64,000 nucleotides of DNA. It comes from Eutreptiella sp. 'Long Island Sound 2002'. Taxonomy: Eukaryota; Protista; Euglenida. The position numbers and the translations under genes were made by a program. Each line of letters begins with the position of its first letter. The first letter of the stretch is position 1. This document shows positions 47,190 through 59,853 of this stretch, in pieces. Below the pieces are notes generated by a model. That model made no database searches. It had not been told where the DNA came from and was given only the letters and a program-made list of their open reading frames with translations. The stretch lies in contig OZ038379.1 of the NCBI GenBank assembly GCA_964036045.1, forward strand, positions 13,578,001 to 13,642,000, in the 5' to 3' direction.

Positions 47190-48933
47190 AGGTGTGCTCA
47201 AACAACGAATTGAGATTTGTGGCGATGACCATATGCCCGTGACGCGGGGGTATATGCAAGCTCTGTATCCGTTGCTTTATGGCCCTCCGGACGGCCCCCT
47301 GACCCGCCCTGACCCAGCCCCCCCCCCTCCCCCCCCGCCGCCGCCCCTCCCTGAAAATGACAGGAAAGTGGGACGGCGGCGTATGGACCAACCCCGACGA
47401 GCCCCCCGTGTCGGTGATCCGGAACTTCCTGGCCCTGGCCCTCCTGCATCAGTGGTGGGAAGCACCCAATAAATTTCACGGGCTGGGGATGCCTAACTGC
47501 ATACCCACTACGGGGGCAGACAGCTGCAAGCACGAGCAGTGGGACAGCCACAAAGCTGCCGCCTCTCCTCTCCCCTTCCGCCCATACGCCCCAAACCCGT
47601 AGAGCCCGAACGAGCCTGACCTTGGATCACATCCAGGGAAAGGAACCAAGGTGTGGCAGAGTGCGCCGTAGTTGACTGCCAACTGCCGCTGATTACTGGC
47701 GAAAACTTCTCAGTTCCGCCCCCCCCCCCCCCTCCCCTGATGCGCAACGACTGATTCAACGACTGATTGACAGTGAACCAGACAGCTCACTTCAAACCCC
47801 TGTTGGCATCCCTGCCTGGACTGCTATTTATGCCTCATGGTTGGTCCGTTGCACTGTAAAATACCATCCGGAGGCACGTCATACCTTCCAATTCTTTTTA
47901 AAACGCTGGTTGGTGGTGCTGCGCTCACTTGCACAAGCACGGTGCTATACACACATTTCTGTGGATCAAATCAAACTTTTCATTGCGGGCATTGAATCTT
48001 TGCAACATGGAGCCCTCGCACACCCATCCCTCATCATCACCCCCCCCCCCCTCCCCCGCCCCCACCGGCGGCGGCCAAGGCTCAACGCCGACTGGAACGC
48101 AAACAAGAGCGAGCTTCAGAGCTGGAGCAGTTGCTTCCACACTTTCCAACGAAGGCTACACGCTAGTCTTCACCGATGGCTCGTCCGAGTTAGTCCCTGG
48201 CATTGGTAGAGTGGCAGGCTATGGGATTTTCTCCTCTGATTTATTGTCCATCTCCGCTTACGTTCCAGTGCACTTACGCCAAACCAACAACACAGCAGAG
48301 CTCTTTGCAGTGCTCCGCGCTATTCAATTATTGCCGCCTGGGCGGTATGCCTTTTGTTCTGATTCTTCCTACGTAATTCTAGGTGCGAGCGGTGCGGCCA
48401 GGCGCTGGAAACTGCGCGGATGGACAGGCTCCTCCGGCCCAGTGTCCAATGTTGAAATTTGGGAGCAACTCCTCAGCGAACTAAGCCAGCCAGACAAAAC
48501 CATTAAATGGGTCAAAGTCCCGTCCCACGTCACAGTGGAGGGCAACAACGAAGCAGACCGGCTGGCGGACCAAGGCCGCCTCTCCAGCCCACTACACCCC
48601 ATACTGCACACACCAAGCACCTTTTCTGATTTTTCACCACCACGGTTTACCCCTCTCAAGAAGGCACGTTTTGCAGCTACGTCAACACATGATCTGTCTG
48701 AGGTCTCACGAAAAATTGTCTTTCAATCTCCAGCAGCAGTACGTTTTTCCTCCGTCACTGCAAGTGACATCCTCAGATCACTAGACCTGGAGCCTTTATC
48801 TGACTCTGACGAGTCGGGTACCATATCAGATTATAGCGACTCTGACACCGTCACCGCCGACGACGACAGTGACAATGACAGTGCCTACAGCACTGATGTT
48901 AGCGACACGAGAAAACGACGCCTCAGCCAGTAG
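47190..48933 (+). mobile_element. 3' end of a 5'-truncated, frameshifted non-LTR-like retroelement ending in RNase H
   Basis: Protein-like frames (47194-47600, ~47740-48050) run through poly-C frameshifts into an RNase H. No RT is present in the window, so the element class is inferred. Confidence 0.55.
48151..48933 (+). CDS. Ribonuclease HI domain with an acidic/basic tail
   Basis: YTLVFTDGS...QTNNTAELFAV...CSDSSYV...WKLRGW...VSNVEIW...WVKVPSH..VEGNNEADRLA, with all D/E/D/H/D catalytic residues present. Confidence 0.9.
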   Translation, partial: EGYTLVFTDGSSELVPGIGRVAGYGIFSSDLLSISAYVPVHLRQTNNTAELFAVLRAIQLLPPGRYAFCSDSSYVILGASGAARRWKLRGWTGSSGPVSNVEIWEQLLSELSQPDKTIKWVKVPSHVTVEGNNEADRLADQGRLSSPLHPILHTPSTFSDFSPPRFTPLKKARFAATSTHDLSEVSRKIVFQSPAAVRFSSVTASDILRSLDLEPLSDSDESGTISDYSDSDTVTADDDSDNDSAYSTDVSDTRKRRLSQ

Positions 48934-51900
48934 ACTGCTTTCTAAGTTTTGAATGTGTCTTCCCACAAAGACAGTATGGGAGGCAGTGTGGTATAGTGGA
49001 TAGCATCGTCAGCGATGCTGGAGCCCAGGGTGCTTCCACTGAAGCACGCGGCACTTCACCCGACATATGGTCCCACAAACACACAGCTATGCAGCCTTGT
49101 CAGCTCGCACGTAATACAGCGATTGTCTACCTCCCCTTTTCCCCTCCAGCAGGAGAACAGAAAGCCGTATGGTTAGGCCGAAGGAGTGCATCAGGCTATA
49201 CGGCCCTGTGATTCACTGCGACACATCAACACAGACGCAGCTTGAGGGCGTGGCTGTTTTTCATGCACCATCTAGCTCAGCAACACACAGGTATTGATCT
49301 TTAGTGGTTCGCCGTCCACAGGTTATATAACAAATGCAGCTGCCACTGGCACCGCTGATTGAAACCTTGTACCTACTTGTTGTACATTGAATAGTGGAGC
49401 ACCCCAACCAAGAAGGGGACACATGCATCTGTGAGAGAACCTCTGGACTAATGGCTGAAAGTGTCTATGGCGGGGACATTCAGTCGATCAGCACCGACCA
49501 TTGATCCCCTGATGCGCAAGCACTGCCTTGTCCAAGCACAGGAGCCCATCTGACCACTGTTATCCTGGTTTTTCCTGACCACAATTTTTGTGGTCAGAAA
49601 TATAACGTGACTCGGTGGTGGTGCGATGGTAGAGGGACAGGGGGGCTGGATCATGCGTTTGGTAGTTCCTCCTGCTCATACCAATATTCTGCTTGCAACT
49701 GCAACCCAATGCTGTCTGTTTTGATGCGATTTTCAGCCATGCTTAATGGCTCTTGCTGGCATGGCTGTTACGTACATCCAGTCCACCAGTGAATATGTGC
49801 CCGCCACAATTATTTGTCCTTCTACTCGTGAGGATGGTTTCGTTCATTGAAGTGCATGTGGAATGGGCATGTGCTTGAGCATCATGCTCCTTTGGACCCT
49901 GGCAAAATTTACACTTGATGCTAAGGGTGTAAAACGGGCCCCCGTCACAGTGAGGAGGAGGTTCTTTTGGTACCGCATGCTGCGCGCAAGCAAGGGTAGG
50001 AGCATGGACCCTGATACCCGAAGAATGAAAGAGATGAAGCCACTTGAGTGCTGTGCATGCTATGTGTTGAAGGGACACAACCTAAACTATAGGGCCTCTA
50101 TTGCCCACCGTCACCGATTCTCTACTTGCACGTGGCCGGGAGGTGCTAAACAAGCGGTACCACGCTGATGAGCTTGTAGAAACCACATGTCTTGGGCCTT
50201 CCATGCAAGTAGATGACTTTGTACCCCCCCCCCTCCTTTGTAATAGCCACGCCCTTGTCCAAGCAATAGTAGGCGTAGGTACCTTATTAATTTGGTACCT
50301 AATTTCAAATCGGTACCAAATGTAGTGCAGCCACACAAGACATGGGTTTGGTGACAAATTTGCCAGCTACATAGGGTCATGGACACATTTGTTGTGAGTG
50401 TTTGCCCACTTGAACCCACATCGCTCTGATTTTCAGGATATTTCTGCACTATATCCCCCTTTCTTGCACCAGCAATCTTCTCTTTTTCAACCCTCCTTGA
50501 TACTCCGGGCCGACATAGGGGCGGTGCAGAGGTGTGGGGTGGAGAGGGGGGGTCCCTTCCCCTGTAACCTTACTTTGGATGAGGCACACAAGTATTAGAC
50601 TTTGACTTTTTGATTGCACCCCTCACGGTACAACCCAATACTCCCTCGCTCCCCCCTGAGGCGAAGTCCTAGTCCAGGTTGCTTGGCCGAGGAGTGCCAA
50701 CACACGCAAGGTGACTTGGATGCAGGATGGCAGCAACAGGGCGCCCTCACCTGTCCTGTTGCATAGAAACACTGCAGTGTTGACAAAATAAAGGCCATCA
50801 GGTGCAGACAATTGTATGGTAGCACACGTGTATCATACTTGTGTGGGCGTCCAGTTATTTTCACACATTCCACCGGTGAGCATGTGGATGCCACAATGAA
50901 GGGACCATCGGAGAAGGGGGAGCTGTTCCTAGTGTTGGGCGACATGAAGGGTGGGCAGGTGGTCACACACCCCTGTGCCCGAGCTCAAACCAGCTCCTAA
51001 ACCACGGGCAAAGGCATCTTCAAAGGCATCTTCAAGTGGTCAGCATGTGCAGTTGTTCCGCATGGTGTATGATCGCAAGAAGGGTTTCCCCCCCAAACAT
51101 TTGCCCGCGTCTCATGCCTCATTGCTTGTTGGAACATGGGTGTGAACCCGAAGTTTCATGTTTCAAACACTTTCTTGTGTTTACCACCCTCCCCCTTTGT
51201 AAGAGCTACGCCCTTGTCCAAGCTATAGTAGGCGTAGGGACCGTATTAATTTGGTACCTAATTTTAATTCGGTACAAATGTAGTGCAGCCGCATAACACA
51301 TGGGTTTGGTGACTGATTCTGATTCGGGGACGGACACCGATGAAGATAAACCCATTTCTGACCTCTCTTCCTCAAGTGATGATTCTAGTGACTCGGATGA
51401 TAATCCCAATGAAGTTATTTGGGCTAAGGCTGCCTGAGGTGTGTGGGGAATGGCCCATGTCTTTGATGGGAAGTTGTACTTTACAAGAGACCACATGCAG
51501 GGCAATTTGATTCCCAAGAATTTGAAGTTGCCCGAGCCAAAGCCAGCCACTAAACCTCGGGCAAAGGCATCTTCAAAGGCATCTTCAAGTGGTGAGCATG
51601 TGCAGTTGTTCCGCGTGGTATATGATCACAAGAAGGGTTTCCAATCCGAACATTTGTAGGCTTCTCATGCCTCATTGCTTGTAGGAACATGGGTATGAAC
51701 CTGAAAATTCATGTTTCAAACACTTTCTTGTGTTTCAATGCCTTTGGGAACGTGGGTGGATGCTAAGGTGCACTCATACCATGCACTTACTCACGTGTGT
51801 GTTGGTACTTGTATGTGTTGCGCGCAAGCCACGCCCTTGTCTAAGCTACAGTAGGCGTAGGGACTGTATTAATTTGGTACTTTTGCCTGGCCATTACAAG

Positions 51901-53364
51901 GGGGGGGGGGGTACACTTGACGTATTCAAGGAATAGGCAGGATGATGAGAACCCAGCAGCACCTCCCAATGGTACACTGGTACGCTAATGGTTTGGGTTG
52001 GGCATCTTGTGCTTAGGGAGGTGTTATGGGAGTTTCATAAGGTCGCCGCACTTGGTTGTTTGGTCGGTAGATTTGCACTGGTTGGGTTGTTTGCACTGTG
52101 TTGCTGAATCACATTGCTTCTGGTGTGATGTGACCGCCGTCCATCTGTTTGGCACCATATTTTTTGTTCTGTGTCATACAACCCTCCTTGTGGGATCCCT
52201 GTGTCCAGCACCTGACTGCAACGTGGAACAATCTTTGTATTTGTGCCTGGTGGAGAGGTGCTCTACATGTGTACAAATGGGGAGCACGTCCTTGCTACGA
52301 TCATCAACGGCCAGTTCTCTGATGAGGACCTATGTGCGGTCCCGCTGGTTCCATTCAGCGTGCTCACCGCCATGGCAGGAACATCACAGCACCAGATCCG
52401 TTGGTGCCATGATGTTCGGTGCCTTCCTTCAGTGCCATTATGTTCGGTGCCATTTTGTACTTCAGTACATCCCAAAAACATATGATGTTATCAGAATCCT
52501 CGAAACCTTTGCTGCTTGTTTCTCTTTTTTGTTTTCATCTCGCTGCGGCGTGGCAGCTGTTGCTGCACTACCAGGCATATAAGATACCAGAAGTGTCTCT
52601 AACCTGTTGGCCACAATTTGCTGTGGCAATGGGCTTTCCATCTGCACAGAGAGTTCCAGGCAGTGCTGCTGAGGCTACACAGAGAGTTCTTGGCAATGCT
52701 GCTGAGGTAGAGTTCGTTCCGGCAAAACATTCCAGTGTGTTCCGGCTATTCTAGTTGCCCGGGGGGGGGGGGGGGGGGCATGCTTGATAGGGTAGGGCAG
52801 TTGTGGGCAACTACTTTGTTTCTATGCTCCCGGGTCTCCAGGAGCCGTGGCAGTCTTACACCTCTGCACTCTGTGTACATGTGTACCGTAGCAACAGGGT
52901 TGCCCCCCAGCGGCGTCTCTTTTCGGGGACATGCCTGACACGCATGAAGCTTTTGGGCTTACAACTCTTGCTGTACAGAATATCTGGGCCAAGATGCCCA
53001 TGCACACCATTGGCCTGACGGCCAGAACTGTCTCCGGTGTCAGACAAAAAAAAGATCCCGCATGTCGTATATTTGTATAACTGTGTGTGTGTGTGTGTTT
53101 TCTTTGATCTGTTCTTGTCTCGCGGTTCTTGACGTGTGTGTTTGGTGTCCATGCCCATGGGGGTAGGAACAATTTTACTGCAGGCTGTTCAGGGGAAACA
53201 GAAGAAGATGGGTTCCTCTTGCACCAACTGCACATGCAATCTTGCTCGTGTCAAGAAGAACTCCACACAAAGGCAAGAAAGCAAAAATGTGCACGTGGAA
53301 CATGAATCACCACGTTCAGTTGACGCAAAGAAGAATGAGAGCAGGCACATGCATTACTTGTAAC

Positions 53365-53515
53365 CAAGCTAGTGCAGCCGCAGCATGCCGCAGCATGCCG
53401 CAGCACCTTTTTTTTGGAGCTGCACATGGGGGCTTTGAAGCATGCCGCAGCATGCCGCAGCGTGCCGCAGCATGCCGCAGCACAAGAAATTTTTCCGTGG
53501 GACCGCACTAGCTTG
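53365..53515. mobile_element. ~150-bp MITE-like unit with an 11-bp inverted repeat and internal GCAGCATGCC repeats
   Basis: CAAGCTAGTGC...GCACTAGCTTG. Confidence 0.45.
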
Positions 53516-53864
53516 CTTGTAACATCAACCCTCAGCAGCTTGTGCAATTTGGGGTTTTGCGAGTGTGCTGTACTACCCAGATTTGTTGATCACCTTGCCT
53601 GGGCCTCCTCATGCAGCAGCCTTCTGTCCACACCAGTGTGTGGACAGTTACACAGAGAGATGGCGCTGAGCCTCAAAAACTAAGACAGGAACCTGCATGT
53701 GATGCTTCTGCTCCTCCCAACAGATGTGTCACCACCGAACCTGTGTGCCATGGAACCTATCCCTGTTGCACATAGTATTTCAAGGACTAACAAACTGGTG
53801 CATTGTGACTCTAAATTACGCAAATAACTTGCCACAGTGTTGTGCCACAGTGTGATGAATCAAA

Positions 53865-53868
<4 letters not shown>

Positions 53869-53894
<26 letters not shown>
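53869..53894. repeat. (TG)n microsatellite
   Basis: Directly visible. Confidence 0.9.
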
Positions 53895-53895
<1 letters not shown>

Positions 53896-54011
53896 TTGTC
53901 TGATCGCAGAGTACCGGGTCCTCTTGTATATACGAGTACCGGGTCCTCTTGTATATACTCTGTTTCCAGTTGATGATATTTTGGTTCCCTGATCTCAATT
54001 GCCCACCCATT

Positions 54012-54747
54012 GGGGGCGCCTTAAGCGCAGTGCGCATGCAGTGCGCGCGCAGTGCAACTATTTGGGCGTTTAGCCGTAGTAGAAACCCATAATTTGTGGT
54101 ACTTTGGGCATTGTTGTTTTTTGGAAGTAGGTTTTGATGCTTTGGGGATATGGCATTTTTGGATGTTCACCCTGTTTCACCCATTTCTACCTTTTTGCAC
54201 ACATTTTTTTCCCATTTCCACCACATCTACTCTTTTTCTTGGTTGATTGATATGGTGATACACTTTGAGGGTGCCTGCTACGGGACATCATACTTCCCTC
54301 CTCATTTCTCAGGCCCACGGATCTCCATGGATCTCAGCATTGGGGATAGGGTGTTCTACACCCGCTCCAATGGCCTGCAACCTCCTGCCACGGTGGTTGG
54401 GACGGCCTAAGACGGACTCCTCCACTTGGAATACTACCAAGATGGGTTGGGAGTGGTGAATTGGCAATGCAAGATGGGGTCCATCTCCTTTGCCATCCCA
54501 AGTTCAGATTCGCCACCTCACTTGCCCTCCATCTCCGCCACCCAACACACAGTCAAGTTCCCCCCCAAAGGCCCCTGGTCTTTCACCACTGCCACAAGAA
54601 CCGGGAAGGTCCCCCTCAAGGTCCCCTCCAGTCCAGTTTGGGTCGCCTAATTCGAAGGGTGTTTCCAAGGGGCGTGCCTAGGGGCTCTTCGGGGGGCACA
54701 TAGTCTAAAAGTAGCGCGCAGTGCGCGCGCAGTGCAAGGATTCCCCC
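54012..54747. mobile_element. 736-bp non-autonomous element with an imperfect TIR and 3-bp TSD ATT, carrying a stop-interrupted beta-barrel-like coding fragment
   Basis: ATT|GGGGGCGCCTT...AAGGATTCCCCC|ATT; GCGCAGTGC runs; MDLSIGDRVFYTRSNG...TVVGTA*DGLLHLEYYQDG at 54327-54490. Confidence 0.7.
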
Positions 54748-56118
54748 ATTGCACTGGATTCCTTTGTCAGTCAGCCAGTCTGACTTTATGTGTATACCAG
54801 CAGCTTGGTCTCTATGCCAATGCAGTGGGCGTTGACCCCTGGGGCCCCCAGGATGTGCTAGACCCGTACTATCCTTGTAGCACTTCTGCGCATTGGGATG
54901 GGTCTGCACACTCTTTTCCAATGTGTGCATGTACTCCACCCACCTGGACATTGACTGATCGATGAGTCCCAGACTGCTTGTCGAGTCTGTTTTTCCTGGT
55001 CTGTGCCCCCTTTTGAAGGGGTGGCCGAATGCCATGCAGCATCCTCTATGGTATCACTTGAAGAAGATGGTGTACAACCTGTGAGGCATCGGCCTGCCTT
55101 GGATGATAGATGTGATTCTGGTCATAACACCAACATATGTCGGACATACAGCCCAAGGCTCGCACCTTACCCCCCACCCCACCCCTTGCGCAAGCACCGG
55201 CTTGTCCAAGCACGCGAACCCCTCGGACCTTCGTTTTCCTGATTTTTCCTGACTGCAGTTTTTGTGGTCAGAAATGTAACGTGACGCGGTTGGGCTCCGA
55301 TTGTAGAGGGAAAGGGGGGCTGGATCATGCTTGTGGTAGTCCCTCCTGCTCATACCAACATTCTGCTTGCAACTGCAACTGCCACTACTGTTCATTTTGA
55401 CGTCTTCAGCACAGAGATTCGAGCTCGGTCACTCTCCCCCCACCATGACACCTAAGGCGTCAGTTCAGCATGGCCGAATGAGTGCCCTGACTCCCTCAAA
55501 CTGAGCTGTCTCCAGGCAGTGAGTATCTGGCAGTGGCTGCCGCTGTATCTTCATAGCCAACAGCAGTCTTCAGGCCTATGACCATCAGCGAAATGTGCAT
55601 ACCAACATCAACACGCTGTACATAGCCGAAGCACACCAATACTGTTGCAGTGGAAATCATGATTGTGCCATTTTGACATGAATTGCAGCCATGGTTACTG
55701 TTGCTATTGCTGGCATGGTTGTTACGTACATCCGGTCCACCGATGAACATGTGCCCGCCACAATTACTGGTCCTTCTAGTCGTGCAAGGTTGGAAAGCGC
55801 TTTTATTCCACAGCTGCTGATGCCCCTGATGGGCAGTGAGGATGTCCAGAACATGCTGAATTTTGCCTGAACAATGTGCTATGGAGCTCTGTTGCGACAA
55901 TTGTGGTTAGGGTGAGGTATGTATGAGTGAGGTATGGGCAGGTGTTCACCACATGTGGTACCATGCATCGTATGCTAGCACGGGCTTGTCTGAGCATGGG
56001 ACCCATCCCGGCAGTTTTTTCCACAAAACCTGTATGATGAAGTCCAGATCCCACTGTGGCAAATATAGGTGATTAAATAGGACCCCGGCTGACAGTTGTT
56101 TTCCTGACTTTCAGCTTT

Positions 56119-56416
56119 GGGGGGCGCACCGTGCGCTGTGCCCGCACTGTGCGAAAAGTCGGCTGTTTTTCACCACTGGTAGCCACGGGTACCGGGGTCC
56201 TGCACCCTACAGCCCCTGCTGGTACACCAGGGATTTTTTGTTTTAGTCTGATGCTTGCCACGGGTCCCAGGGTCCTGAATTCTGCGCCCCTGATGCTGTT
56301 TTGAATGGATGATGCACGCTTCTGTAGGTGGGTGGTTTTCAGGGGTGTTCACGGGATAAACAACGTAATAATTGGCGTCGTGCGCGCGCTGTGCCCGCGC
56401 TGTGTGAAAACGCCCC
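56119..56416. mobile_element. 298-bp non-autonomous element with a short G-rich TIR and 3-bp TSD TTT
   Basis: TTT|GGGGGGCG...CGCCCC|TTT; GCGCTGTGC runs at both ends. Confidence 0.5.
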
Positions 56417-57442
56417 TTTGCGCAAAGGGCTAGTCTCCTGTGGGTCCTGTCCACCGGAATTGAATGATCGACGAGTTCCATTTTGAGACTACCCCCTTAG
56501 GTAAAAACCTTTGTGTCCACTGGTCTACAGAGTGTTGCTCCTCAGAATTTTCAACTTCCCGAATTCCTGACACGCATGACAGCTTGGGCTGCACTAGATT
56601 GTGCATGGTACATGAATGATGTGAGCGGCGCTGTGCCTGCCTTCTGCAACACACCAGCACTCAGTGCTAGTAGGGGGCACCAGCAAAGGAAGAACAAGGG
56701 AGCGCGTCAGAAAATACTACTGTCAAGGTGACCCCCCCCCCCCCTTGGGGGGGGAGATTTCAAGGGGGGGGGGGTACAAACACCAAGTGTTGGTTGGACA
56801 AAGAGTTCCATGCGCGCCTTATGAAACTCCTCCCTAAACACAGGATACCCAGCTCATGCAAAGCACAAAGGGGGCAGAGGCTTCAATTAGCACTTTTCAA
56901 ATTAGCCCTTTTTGTGGTCCCTTTCCATCCTGAAAAGCTGAACATGCTCTCCCGGCAAGGGTACAAAGTCATCTGCTTGCTTGTGCCCAAGAATTGTGGC
57001 TTCTACAAGCTCACCAATGTGGTATTGCTTGTATACCGCAGGGCGCACCCCACAGTCCTCTTTGCATTGAGACACAAATGTATGCTGTCGGTGCGCATGG
57101 TACCGCTTTCGTAGCAAGGGTGCCCCGCTTCTGACAACTGTCATTGGTCCCTCGTCAACCACAGCCCCAAACTCTGCACCGTGCAGAAAACCCACAAGGG
57201 CATACCGGCGAAAAACTTGATGTATAGTCGCAACGGTGAAGTGGTATGTTTTTGTGGTGCCCCCCCCCCCCCCCAAAGGGGGGGAACCGGCCTGACAAAA
57301 GGGGGGGAGATTTCAAGGGGGGGGACCGGAAGTTTGGGGAACATTTGTATCCGCTGGACCTGGGGTGGAGGGCTTATTTGAGTCTTTCTCTAGAGCCTCA
57401 GAACTTGAGACCACTTTCGGATTGTGAGATGGCCTGCATTAA

Positions 57443-58648
57443 GGGGGGCCTTAAGCGCAGTGCGTGCACACTTGACTATTTGGGCGTTTGGCCGTACCCC
57501 CCCCCCCCTTGTCCTTCCCCGCCCCTTGTCCTTCCCCAAGGGGGGTGGGGGACCGTCACTTGGTGAACCCCAAAAGGGCCAAGCCACTGCCCAAGGGTGC
57601 TGTCCAAAGCATTCCTGTGGAAAGTGGTGAGCATGTTCAAGAATTCAAGGTCAAATGGAGCAGGACGAAGAAATTCTACACCCAGCGAGTCAAGGAGAAA
57701 ATTTCATTACATTGGCAGCCCATGGAGCGCGCGCATGATTTTCATGTTGTTGCATTACTTGCTTTCATTCGTCACCGTGACAAGCTCTGCACACCAACAT
57801 TTTTTATGCTTTCATTTGTCACCGTGACAAGCTTTGCGCACCAACGTTTTTTATGCTGCGTTATTTCGTCTTCTGCCGCAATTTCTGTGCCCCACAGTGT
57901 GCGTGTACGGTGGTACTACGGTCGGTGGTGGGGGACCGTCACTTGGTGACCGTCCCCCAGGGGGTGGCGGGGGGCCGTCTTTTCTGGGATGGGGAAGGAC
58001 GGGGGGGGGGGGGGGTACTAGAAACCCATCCTTTGTGATACTTTGGGCATCAGTGTTGTTTGACGGCAGGCTTTGATGCTGCTTCCACATTGGGGATATG
58101 CCATTTTCACCCAGTTTCACCCATTTCCACCACTTTCACACATTTTGTGCTCATTTCCACCACATCCACTCCTTTCTAGGTTTATTTCTCCCCATCATGG
58201 GTACCCCAAGGAGGCAAGTGTTATGTAGCCATATTGACACATATTTTGTTGGTCCTTTCACTGCTCATGAAACAGGGATTCTAACGAGAAGATGAAGAGT
58301 ATGTGGCATGTTAGACATCTTACGTGCGATTTTGATGTTAGCTGTCTGACACAATTGTGTGATATTGTGTTAGTACACAAGTTCAGCTACAAGGGATTCC
58401 GGCACACACAAGTTTCAGTGGAGTAAAGCCCATCACATTTGGAAGCAACATTTTTCAGTGAAAGAAAACAGAACAAAATTTTCCGTGTCAGATTGCAATT
58501 TTTGCACCCCTCGGCTACTTTGTACCCCCAAGGCTCGGGTAGTTGGGGTCGCCTAATTTCAAGGGCGTTTGGAAGGGGTGTGCCTGGGGGCTCTTGGGGG
58601 GAAATCTAGTCTAAAAGTAGCGCGGTGCGCACAGCACAAGGATTCCCC
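57443..58648. mobile_element. ~1.2-kb member of the same G-ended family (TSD imperfect: TAA/AAA)
   Basis: Both ends and several internal blocks are shared with 54012-54747. Confidence 0.6.
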
Positions 58649-59706
58649 AAAAAAATCATGTCCAGGAGCTAGAGTGGGATACAATACACACCGTATTGTA
58701 CAGTACGGTACCAATAAGTTTGTATGGATATCAAGAGACCCTTAATGGTCACTTACAAATGGGGACACATCCGGTGTCAGCTGCTCCATTTGTCATGCGT
58801 TTGCAGCTGAATTCAATAGGTGTCATCCAGACATGTCCCGAAAGTAGCAACATCAACCCAGAGACCACTAGGAAGTAATAGCGCCTATCCATGTTCGCAA
58901 CATAACAGCTCCCATCCATTACAGTTTGTGTGGTGTTACCATTGGCAGGTGCTTTACAAAGTGCACATGGTGCAAATATTGCCCCACCTGTCAGATTGGG
59001 CGAAACACAAAGCAGCAATTGTCAAGAGGCCAGCCCTTTGAGCCCCTGTTAGCAGGGGAGCAGAAAAGATGCTCTATGGACTGCCTGCCCCTTGAGCCCC
59101 CTGTCCGGGCGGGGGGGGGGGGGGGGGCTCCCGCAGCCCAGATGGGCTGTTTGCGCAACAGGAGCGGGAGCCCACCAGGGGCAGACCAGCCGTGAGGGGG
59201 AAAGGGACATATGGTGGACGGTCGGGACAACGCGTGGAGGAGCAGGGCACTTGGGCCTCACGCACACAGAACCACAGCGAGGCAGGTTATGGACAGCCTG
59301 TGGACAGAGGCGTGTGGACAGCAAAAACAGTCAAACGACCCCGGCAACAACTAGCATATCCTCAATACCCCGGGAATCCCTCAGGCATGGCTTACTCCCG
59401 GTAGCTTCCAACCCCCCTCCCGTGGCATCTGCTCCTGATGATATTCCTCAGGGAGGCAGCCCAGGTCACGTTCTGGTTCAACCCAAGTGAGTGATCGTGG
59501 CCGGCAACTGCAACCACCACCATGAACGAAGGCTGTGCCTTGGGCACATCCCCTTAGTCATGTTCCGGGCCCATCCTATGTGCCACCCTCCATTGGCTGC
59601 CGCACTGTAGCTGGTGGCTGGGCATGGCCCTACTCGAGGCAACGGTGCAGTGTCTGTCGCTCCTCTGTTTCCCAGTGTCTATTTTTTCTTCGGCAGCAAG
59701 GCCCCC

Positions 59707-59853
59707 ATGGATCCCCAAGCGCTGTACCGGACTCTTGAGGGGACGTTTAATATCGACAACAACGTCCGTCAACAAGCAGAAGCACAACTGAAGCAGGCGG
59801 AATCTCACCCCGGATATTTGGGGATCATTTTCCAAGCAGCTTGTGCTGACCAG
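59707..59853 (+). CDS. Importin-7/8-like exon 1, copy B
   Basis: Identical in translation to 1937-2083. Confidence 0.85.
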
